From Klebsormidium nitens (taxonomy: Eukaryota > Plantae > Klebsormidiophyceae): a stretch of DNA of 64,000 nucleotides. Made by a program: the position numbers and the translations under genes. Each line of letters begins with the position of its first letter. Position 1 is the stretch's first letter. The notes under the pieces were generated by a model that searched no databases, was not told the origin of the DNA, and was given only the letters and a program-made list of their open reading frames with translations. Shown here piece by piece: positions 48,401 to 58,403 of this stretch. The stretch lies in assembly GCA_000708835.1 (NCBI GenBank), contig DF237177.1, positions 72,563 to 136,562 of the forward strand, in the 5' to 3' direction.

Positions 48401-50268
48401 CCACCCGTGCAGTCTTCTGACAAGCCAATAGCTCACGAGCTCAAGAATGATTCTCCAGGGCCAAGATAGACTTGTGAACAGAGTCAGAAGCAGCAACCCC
48501 AGTGGTTGTGCATGTTCCATCGCCATCCTGCAAGGCTGACCTGCTGGCGGCGGGCATAGATCGACCAGAGCTGCGAGTAGGTTGGCATGGGAAGTGCAAC
48601 CGGCGACGGAGCTGCTCCTCGGTGCGACATGCCGTTGAGGGACTGCTGGCATGCCCGGACAATGGGGCCGTGCTCACTTCCCATGAGGATGAGGCCAAGA
48701 GGCCCGATGGGAATGTTGCCGAATACCGCATCGTCCAGGTAAGCCTGTCACAATTTGGAATGACGGGTCTGAATTGAGGAGATCAATCAGCGGGAAGAAA
48801 GGCAAGTCAAGCACGTTTTTGGCCAAGAGCCATCACAAAAGAACCGTACCATATGTGACGTGTCGCATGCCTGATGCAGGATATAAGTACCATATCTGGA
48901 CACCAATCTAGGACAGTTTTTGAGCTGAGCTTGGAAACTACCTTTATGGAAAGGGCCAGTTGCTCCCCCCCCGGGGACCCGGCGCACACGTATTCGTCAC
49001 AGACGATTGGAATGTCGAGAAATGCCAGGATGGCGATCAGAGTCTTGATCTGTGAATGGCGCAGGTCCAGGACCGCCTCGTGGTAGAAGATCGCTGCATC
49101 ACGCCCCCGGCCTTCTGCCTCGGCCTGCAATGAATGTTGAGTGTCGGTTTTCATGGCACACTTTAAGGCTAAGGTCGATGCCAGAAAGCTGCATGATCGA
49201 GTTGATGTGTTGAAGCTTGAAAAACCAGAAGTCACCACAGACAATGACAACCACCCGGAGAGGCAACAGACACTCAATTCAACAGACCATTGCAATCACC
49301 AGTATCCCTGCTACATTGCCGCAAAGATCTGCGTAGGTTAGGTCGGCCTCACCAGATCGGCCCGAACGTCAAGGAGAGCGTTAACCACGCCCATGCTCTT
49401 GCCCGTGCGCCTTGGCCCAACCAGGGTGACAACGCGGTACTTCTGGCGGGCCATCTCGTAGAAGGCTTCCTTGTAGTCGCTGCGGTCCAGGGCATGATAG
49501 CCTGCAAATCAGCTCATTAAGAACATGTGAGCGGAAAATATGCAGGTTGACCCTACTTTTACAACTGATTTCAGCCTAAGCACTCATGTGGACTGAGTTG
49601 ACGCCATGGGAATGGATGGGGTAGGTTTGGGTTTAGATGTGTTTGGGTGCTCCTTGACTTTAGGGCTTTATTGATAGTCACTTAACCCAGCTGAAATTGG
49701 TTGTAGATCTTGCAGACTCGTCTCAGAAATCCACATTTGAATGACAGGAAGCTTTGGCTGCGAACCACTCTGATTGCATGGCTTGAAACTCTCCTGTCGA
49801 ACAGGCAACCAGGCTTCGAACTCTTACCAAGGCTCATAAATGTCCAGATTCGGTTTCAGGACAAGCAACCAATCTCTAACCAGCACACCATCCATCCACG
49901 GTTGAGGGCCCAGTCCAGGTATTATTTCTTCAATTGGTTTGACATACTTAACGTCTTCAATCCAACAGTAAGACTGACGTAACCTCAAGGCCTGGTAAAC
50001 CGGTTTATTGCTCACCAATGCCCTCGTAATGGAGGACGATGTACACGACCCCACCATCCTCCTCCTGAGCATTCTGGACTGGCAAAAGGTTCTTGAGAAT
50101 CGCCTCCTTGGTTTCGAAGGACACGGGGGCCCTCCTGATGAAATCCACCGTTTCGTCGAAGCTGTTGGGCAGAGGCTGTTGGCGCAGCCACTTCACGAAG
50201 TCCGCCTTCGGGGGCGTCGTTTCCATCGGGCCTGAAGCAAAGCAAACGACACCTTTTGCCACGTGCAT
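45467..50268 (-). CDS. Multi-exon P-loop ATPase (archaeal-ATPase/STAND-like) + winged helix + PD-(D/E)xK nuclease-like domain (DUF234-like architecture); partial, spans an N gap
   Basis: Exon 49501-49353 has LDRSDY..VVTLVGPRRTGKS (Walker A). Exon from 49124 has IPIVCDEY (Walker B). 47354-47215 has VQRLVEHGFI..Y (wHTH-like). 46572-46460 has AEGKVLELIL. 46021-45881 has EIDLLL..FFSAKR. 45679-45470 has HLSKFY..VTFVAFS. GT-AG borders were confirmed for several exons. Confidence 0.6.
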
Positions 50269-52331
50269 GAATTTGTCGAGGCGGAAGCATCACCAACAGT
50301 AGCTAACTCAAAATTCCTGCAACGAAGATTGATATTTTGCTGCTGTTGATCTGTCTGTACTGAAAGAGCAGCGCAAGAACAAAGCCAGGAGTTGCAAGAG
50401 AGTCCAGCAGGCAGGAACACTTTCAGGAATTTGCCAGAGCGACGTCCCGTTTAAGACTAGCGATGAAAAATGCGGGCAAGCATGTTACTTACGACGTCCT
50501 GCAGAGCTGGGGCCTGCAGCTGCTGGACAAGATAAGATGCAACTTGTCAGCAGCGAAGAAATTGAGTCTGCCGGTAAGAAGGTCGCGATGGCTTTGATTC
50601 TCAGCAGCAACGACCTGCTAGAGCAATGCACTGCCTTTCTTTGAAAGCTCAGCACCCCTACTGAGGTGACACAGTCTCATGATCATATGCTTACTTACCA
50701 AAACAAAAGCACACGATCAAGCACGCATGAACATAACATTGCAAAATGCTAATGGACATCAAGATTAATTAGGAAACTGCTGTGACTACCTGAAACTGAA
50801 AGACTGACGTATGCACCATACCTAGCATACACTCAGCTCAGAGAAACTGTTGACTCAACCTCATCCCACCTAACACTCCAAAAGAACCCGGAAGCAGAGG
50901 GACAGTCTCCAAACAGGCCCCAACACACTGGAGGGTTGGTGTCGATCACTACTTGTCCCTTAAACCAGAGAGCTCCAGCACTCTGCCAGATTGCGGCATG
51001 CACGAATGCTTTTGCATAGGTTTACTGTCAGATGAATGTTCTTCTGAAGCATAAAGACCCTCTGACTGGGGTGGTGCAAACCAGGGCGTCTACCCCGACC
51101 TAGAAAGCTCCAGCCCTGTGCTCAATTGCAGGCATGCGCGANNNNNNNNNNNNNNNNNNNNNNNNNNNNNNNNNNNNNNNNNNNNNNNNNNNNNNNNNNN
51201 NNNNNNNNNNNNNNNNNNNNNNNNNNNNNNNNNNNNNNNNNNNNNNNNNNNNNNNNNNNNNNNNNNNNNNNNNNNNNNNNNNNNNNNNNNNNNNNNNNNN
51301 NNNNNNNNNNNNNNNNNNNNNNNNNNNNNNNNNNNNNNNNNNNNNNNNNNNNNNNNNNNNNNNNNNNNNNNNNNNNNNNNNNNNNNNNNNNNNNNNNNNN
51401 NNNNNNNNNNNNNNNNNNNNNNNNNNNNNNNNNNNNNNNNNNNNNNNNNNNNNNNNNNNNNNNNNNNNNNNNNNNNNNNNNNNNNNNNNNNNNNNNNNNN
51501 NNNNNNNNNNNNNNNNNNNNNNNNNNNNNNNNNNNNNNNNNNNNNNNNNNNNNNNNNNNNNNNNNNNNNNNNNNNNNNNNNNNNNNNNNNNNNNNNNNNN
51601 NNNNNNNNNNNNNNNNNNNNNNNNNNNNNNNNNNNNNNNNNNNNNNNNNNNNNNNNNNNNNNNNNNNNNNNNNNNNNNNNNNNNNNNNNNNNNNNNNNNN
51701 NNNNNNNNNNNNNNNNNNNNNNNNNNNNNCGACCCCTGGTACGACCCTCCCGACATTATCACACCTTTAGGCTCTGGGGGTATGACGGGGCGCGCTGTGA
51801 TTCGCCCAAATTTAACACCGAACTTCATTTGGCTTGCTGCGGGTCAATGGCTGCGGACCGCACGACCCTCGCACCGGGGGGGACACGTGGCTCCAATCGG
51901 GCGGCTAAAATTAAGGCCGAAGTCCGCTTGGTTTGCTTACCAAGCGGACTTCGGCCTTATTGAACAGCCAGGATGCGTCCTACCGATCCCTAAGTTCGCG
52001 CGATCGATCGGACGGCCGTGAAAATTCGAAATTTAGCATAGCGTCAGGTGCCGGTAAACAATACCGGAGAGGATTTTGCCAGCTGGCCCCCCGCTGCGAA
52101 CTCGGCGGACCGCCGGGGCGGTTCGAAGCGGTTACTATCGAATCTCGAGCCTTCCGGCGGGCCGCCGTCCCGGGCAGCAGTCCAGTCTAGACGCGAGACA
52201 TACTTAGGGAGAGAGAGAGGCCGGAAGGATGAGCAAAGATGGTCGGATATAGGCAGTGTCAGTCGAGCTCCCAGTTGGTTCACGAGGGGCAGCCTTCGTG
52301 CATGCGGATGCATGCTGGGGGGGTTTCGACC

Positions 52332-55300
52332 ATGGCAGCCCCTACTGAGCAGTACCAGGCTTCGGATCTAGCTCACATTGGACACGGTTTGTACTATATA
52401 GGCGAGGACAGCGTCCGACCTTCCGAGATAAGCCGGATTTCGGGCAGGTGCATCACCTGCAGGCAACAGATTTGGAAGGGCACAGGCAGTATAGACGGGG
52501 TGTTGAGGCTGAGCTTCCGCAAGAGTGCAATGAAGGGCTACCTAGTGAGCTGCGGTGTGCCCAAAAACAAACAGAGGAAGCAGATCATTTGCCTCGCGTG
52601 CGTGGGCAAGCTGATGGGGGAGCTGAGGGTCGGCGCTGATGCAAGCAGCTTGAGTTTGTGCGAGCGCGGGCATGACCAGCAGGATGGGGTGCTGTTCGAG
52701 AGGCTGCCCTCAGGCAGCTGGAAGCAGCAGCTGGCATTGACGGACGAGTTGCTGGAGGGGGCTGTGGCTGCGAACGAGAGCTCCGTCTCAAGAAAGAAGC
52801 CCAGAAAAGCTGCAGCAAATACGCTGAGGGGATTGCAAGCTGGAAAAAGACCGCGTGCAGAGCCGGTGAGTGCGCATGCCGTGCTTATTTTCTTCTTAGG
52901 TTCTATGTGCAAAACGACCAGATNNNNNNNNNNNNNNNNNNNNNNNNNNNNNNNNNNNNNNNNNNNNNNNNNNNNNNNNNNNNNNNNNNNNNNNNNNNNN
53001 NNNNNNNNNNNNNNNNNNNNNNNNNNNNNNNNNNNNNNNNNNNNNNNNNNNNNNNNNNNNNNNNNNNNNNNNNNNNNNNNNNNNNNNNNNNNNNNNNNNN
53101 NNNNNNNNNNNNNNNNNNNNNNNNNNNNNNNNNNNNNNNNNNNNNNNNNNNNNNNNNNNNNNNNNNNNNNNNNNNNNNNNNNNNNNNNNNNNNNNNNNNN
53201 NNNNNNNNNNNNNNNNNNNNNNNNNNNNNNNNNNNNNNNNNNNNNNNNNNNNNNNNNNNNNNNNNNNNNNNNNNNNNNNNNNNNNNNNNNNNNNNNNNNN
53301 NNNNNNNNNNNNNNNNNNNNNNNNNNNNNNNNNNNNNNNNNNNNNNNNNNNNNNNNNNNNNNNNNNNNNNNNNNNNNNNNNNNNNNNNNNNNNNNNNNNN
53401 NNNNNNNNNNNNNNNNNNNNNNNNNNNNNNNNNNNNNNNNNNNNNNNNNNNNNNNNNNNNNNNNNNNNNNNNNNNNNNNNNNNNNNNNNNNNNNNNNNNN
53501 NNNNNNNNNNNNNNNNNNNNNNNNNNNNNNNNNNNNNNNNNNNNNNNNNNNNNNNNNNNNNNNNNNNNNNNNNNNNNNNNNNNNNNNNNNNNNNNNNNNN
53601 NNNNNNNNNNNNNNCCCAGAAAAGCTGCAGCAAATACGCTGAGGGGATTGCAAGCTGGAAAAAGACCGCGTGCAGAGCCGGTGAGTGCGCATGCCGTGCT
53701 TATTTTCTTCTTAGGTTCTATGTGCAAAACGACCAGATGCCGGAAGCCAACCACAGAATATGCTGCCGCTGCAGCAAAAGGAGGGAGGACATGCGAGCTA
53801 TCTCTGATGCAGTCGATGCAGAGCTCTTCGGCAGTGCAGAGTTCGCTATGCACATCCTTGAATTGATCGAGATGTTCAGGTCTATGCCTCCAGCTTTGAG
53901 GGTCCAGATCAGAAGGATATTCGATAGCAGTGACGAGACATCATAGCACCGCCCGCATGCCGCGTGCTGCCTTAAGAGTTTCCGCAAAACCCTGAACAGA
54001 TAAACATCCGGCATCACACTTGCAGGTGCTCGAAGAGGGAGAAGAGAGCGCAGACCATCGCGGCGACGTTGCGACGCAGGCCGCGCGCTTCCTGAAGCGC
54101 ATCCCGGATGGCACTTGCGTCGTGGTGTTGCCGGTGGGGCAAGGCCTCCGAGGGGGCTTCCTGGGGCGGCTCTATCTCACCGCATGGGATCACAATCGCG
54201 CGAAGCCGAAGCCGCTGGGGAAACCTTGCAAAGGGAAGGGGTTGCTGGAGGAAGCATGTGGGACCAGCAGGGGCGCATCAATTGCACGTGCGATCGTAAG
54301 AGGCTGGCCCTAGATGCGCCGTGTGTCCACAAGATGGTGCTCGCGTCCCTCTGCGCGGGCTCCATCGCCACCAGCGTGCTACCGACCGCAAAGGAGATGA
54401 GCAGGGAGGCGCTCACGGTCGAGCAGCTGGGAGCCGACTCCAGCGGGGCCTTCTACGCCGTCAGAAACAGCCCGAAGGGGGTGAGCCCCGAGCACAGGAT
54501 GCTACACCGGTCCACGGCGGGGTTGTGGTATTGCGAGGGAAAGCGGAATGGATGCCCGGCTCAGTACGACTGCTCCCATATCGCGGCTGCCAAGGTCGCG
54601 CTGACGCATGGGCAGGTGCAGCGCGCGGAGGGCTTGCTTCTGGACTCTGTTGCCTTGAGCAGGGCGACTCAGTGGATCGAGCACTGGGAGGGCAGACTGC
54701 CGCTGCTCGGTGAGGCCAGCGGTGGCCGGGGAGCTGGGATGTTTGAAGAGGAGCGACGTCCGCCTGCGGCGATTGCAACAGGAGAGCATGGGGGCGTGGA
54801 GTGTGCAGGGGGTGAGTGTTGGTGCCGAAAGCACCGGCTGATCTTTGGGGAGGCGCAGCCCCCCTCGGACGCCATGGACTCGGAAGGACAGGTGGAACTC
54901 GGAGCGAGCACCCCTCAGAGGCAGGTGCGTAGGGGAGCCAGGTATTGGGCAGAGCACGCCAGCGAGATGCCGAGGGGCGCACCTCGCAGGGCCGAAGAGC
55001 CGCCGGGGGATGCGCGGGGCAAGGAGGCCGTACATGGCTGGGTGGCTGCATGCCATAGCTGCAGCCTGACTGAGGTGCAGCAGCAGGGGTGCTCCCATGC
55101 GGAGGCGGAGCGCGTACGGGCGCCCATCATGCTATTGGGGACGGAGGCCGCGCAGATCACCCAACCCAAGCTGAGCAAGCTGGGCGACGCCCTCGATCAT
55201 CATGATCCATTGATCGGCTGCCTCAAGGCAGGGCCGGTCCGAGTGAGCAAGCTCTGGGACTGTCACTTCCGAGAGCTGAGCGAGCTGGGCATGCTGAAGG

Positions 55301-58260
55301 CGCCGTGCCCGCTTCAGCCTCCCCCCTGCGGCGGCGAGTGGGTACTGCACAAGAAGCCGGCCCTCATCTCAGCCTCCACCTGGTCGCAGCAGGTGGAGAC
55401 GAAGATATACTGCTGCCAGTGCCTTCATACGGCGCACACGGTGCACTTCTGCGGAGAGCATCTGGGCCTCTACAGCTGGACTCAGGGGACGATCCTGGTG
55501 CAGGAGAGTTTGCAGCTCATCCTGAAGGGAATGCAGCGCTCGGGCACGGCCTTCTCCGCCGAGCTCGGGAGGGATCAGGAGGCTTTCGCCCGATCCCCAG
55601 GGTCTATAGTCTTATCCGACGAGAGCTGGAGGCGGGCGAGCCTGGACTTCTTCAAGCTGGTCGGGCGGGAGATCTCAGAGTGCTGTACTATCTGTGGGCC
55701 CTTTCCAGAGGTGAGCATATCTTGCAGCGAGGTCTCCTTTGTGGGAAGCTCAGCCACGTCGATTGGAGAAAGGTCCGAGGAAGCGCGGTGCCTCCAACGA
55801 GGTCCCGGAGCGAGTTCATATTCAAATCACCGCTTATCTCATCGGCAGACACGTTTCGGGTTGAGGAAGTGGAGTGCCACGCTGTCATGTCCATGCTGTG
55901 TTATCAGTCGAAGGTTTGAAACACTCGAGTATTCCCGCGCTGTCTTCTGGACGCCGGCGTCATCCAATCTTAGGGTGAACACTCTGATCCTTTGCCAGCT
56001 AGTTTCCTTAAGCTCTTGCTCGTCTCATCCAGGTGCTTCTGGTTGACGGGATAGTGGGCGTGGCGAACTCGGATGGTGGGAAACGTCCTGGAGGCTTGGG
56101 CAGCTCCTCTCTGGATTGCAGACGGACGTTCGTCCACCCTAGCCGGCAAGCGGGGGGCGAGCTGCTCGAGAGGCAGCCCGTCTCCGGGCGGGACTATTGC
56201 AGCGCCGGGTTGGAGGGGGCTGGAATGAAACGAAGGCTGGTCCTGCAGCCGGAGCTACGAGAGCTCATCGCGCGCCTCTCTCAGCATCGCCCCACGTCAG
56301 AGAAGCTGGGGCAACGGCTTTGCGAGGTGGAGTACACGGAGCTGAAAGCCGGGCTGGGGCGGAAGGACGTGCAGGTGGTCCGGCGGTTCATTCCGGGCGA
56401 GGGAGAGCAGCAGCCGGTGGCCGCGGAGACCAGGAGGCGACTGCTCGCGCAGCAGTGCTCACGCAATGGTGCGTGAGAAGAACCGCGCGATGCTGCGGCT
56501 CCTGGAGGGCATTGAGGCGGACCTGCAGGCGCGCGGCATGAGCCCGCGGGTCTGAGAGTACTGGCCCTGAGAGTGGGGCGAGCTCCTTTACGATCTCGGG
56601 GCTCACGACGCCGATTGCGGAATCATCGGGCACTCGGGAGGCCTCGCAGTCATCCGCCGGTTGCTGCTTGGGGACGAGGCCACCCCGGAGAACCGCAGGC
56701 TGCTGGGGGCGCACAGCCCAATCCTCCGTCGTGTCTTGGATGCCCACGGCGGGACCCAGTTCCCCCGGTTCTTCCTGCCGGCTCTGCATAAGCTCTACGA
56801 GCTGACCTTGCTTGCGCGAGGGGGGACAGGTTTCGAGGATGCGGAGCGCGACGGCTGGGTGGTGGCGGCCCTCCGCCCGCTCGGGCATGCCGTCGAGTTG
56901 CAGCGGGTTGCTGCAGATAGGCCGTTGAACGAGCAAGAGGCGGCGTTACTAACGTATGCGGCCGCGACCGCTCGCTCTTGGCTGCACGGCGTCGAGACGC
57001 TCGAGCCGTCCCCAGCGCAGTGGACGGACATGAGCCAGCGGGAGCGGGACCTTCTCTGGCAGCGGCTCGGCCTCGACGAGGAGGGGGCCAGGTTGCATCC
57101 GCTTCCGCCGGGACACAGTTTCCGAGCCGAGCAGGATGCGCTGACGCACTACGCGTTGCCGCCGGGGTGACAGCAGAAGCGCGGGCTCCCGAGGTATTCC
57201 ACCTTCGAGCACCCCGACGGCAGGAGCAAGACGTCGGAGGAGACCAAGTGCAACTCGGGGAAGACGGAGACCGAGTGGGATGCAGCGAATACCCCAGGGC
57301 TCACGCGAGGTGGCGGCAAGGCGAGCAAGCCCGGAGGTAAACGCCCGAACAAGAGCAGGGGGGCAGTCGTGTTTTGCTGCACCCATCGCGTGATCTACGG
57401 CTTCCACGTGATGCTGCGGGGGGAGAGCCCGAGGGACGTCTTCGCGGTCCTCTACACGCGGCTGAACCGGGGGCACCTCCCGAAGTTTCTGGTCTATGAC
57501 AACGCCTGCGCGCTGCGAAACTACTCCATGCGCCGGGAGCCCGCCTTCTTTGCCGAGGTCACCTTCACGGTCGACCGGTGAGTACTTGCGACCCATTGCA
57601 ATCGTGCCGGTATGGATGCAAGGCGATGGGGGAAGGGCCGTTAGGGCGATGCTATTAGAATGATAGCAAGTGGAAGAAAGAGAGGGCGTCAAACCAAAAA
57701 ACCAAAACACCAATTATTTTAGAGGTTGTGTATATAGTATAGGCTGTATTAGATTCATAGAAATCTGATAGAGATCTCTAAAAATTTTGGTGTTTTTGGT
57801 TTTTGGTTTTCGGCCTTTCTCCTCTTGCTTTCTACTCACCCCGGCTGTTGCATGCCGCCAATGTTCTGCCAGCAGATCAATGTACCGATTCGTCCATTAT
57901 CCTCTAGAGGCTTGCCCTGAGCTTGATCGTACATCATCCAACGCCCCCTGCAAATGTCGGTGCAGGTTCCATTACGCAAAAGCTGGTGCGGAAGTCCACA
58001 AGTGCGGGCCCAGCAACGCGACGGAGTTCTATGACGAGCTTCGGTGGGTCAACACGAGCGCGGTCGAGAGCGTCAACAGCTTCTTGAAGCGGTTTAGGAC
58101 GCTGGGGTGGTACTCGGGGCTGGAGAGCTTCATGGTATTCCTCCCGATCCTTCTGAGCGGCTACAACGTTGACATGAAGAGGGTGGATGATGCCAAGCTG
58201 GCGGTAGCTATGCAGGCGAGGCAGTGGAGCGATGCCATCAGGGCAATGTTTTTAGAATGA
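52332..58260 (+). pseudogene. KDZ/Zisupton-family transposase copy 2, disrupted
   Basis: SWIM motifs CTCD..CVHK and WYC..C..CSH. The core reads CTHRVIYGFHVMLRGESPRD, VYDNAC, VDR|FHY..HKC, NTSAVESVNSFL. Introns 55711-56032 and 57578-57965 sit at the same positions as in copy 1. Frameshifts near 54255 and 56465; in-frame TGA at 56553, 56568 and 57168. Confidence 0.87.
57691..57809. repeat. Intronic copy of the AAACC-armed inverted repeat
   Basis: AAACCAAAAAACCAAAACACCA .. TGGTGTTTTTGGTTTTTGGTTT, near-identical to 58288-58403. Confidence 0.85.
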
Positions 58261-58287
58261 GAGCAAGTGGGGGTTTAGAAGGGCGTC

Positions 58288-58403
58288 AAACCAAAAAACC
58301 AAAACACCATTTATTTTAGAGGTTGTGAATAGTATAGGCTTCACTATATTCTATAAATCTGATAGAGATCTCTAAAAAATTTGGTGTTTTTGGTTTTTGG
58401 TTT
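58288..58403. repeat. Inverted repeat with AAACC-iterated arms, inner TTTTAGAG/CTCTAAAA arms and an AT-rich spacer, abutting the D5 stop codon
   Basis: Arms at 58288-58309 and 58382-58403. The D5 stop codon is at 58404-58406. Confidence 0.85.

Noticed and set aside
52400-52620. PARP-type zinc finger at the KDZ N-terminus (RCITCRQQIWKG..LRLSF)
   Set aside because: The resemblance is only partial and the HxxC half is not evident, so it is left as a generic Cys motif.
52797-53737. Apparent direct repeat flanking the N gap (52797-52923 vs 53615-53737)
   Set aside because: The sequence is identical on both sides of a gap, which most likely reflects unmerged contig overlap.
17704-57170. In-frame TGA at conserved Trp positions (17704, 56553, 57168), suggesting UGA=Trp recoding
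   Set aside because: TGG is used normally throughout, TGG>TGA is a single transition, and the same genes also carry frameshifts.
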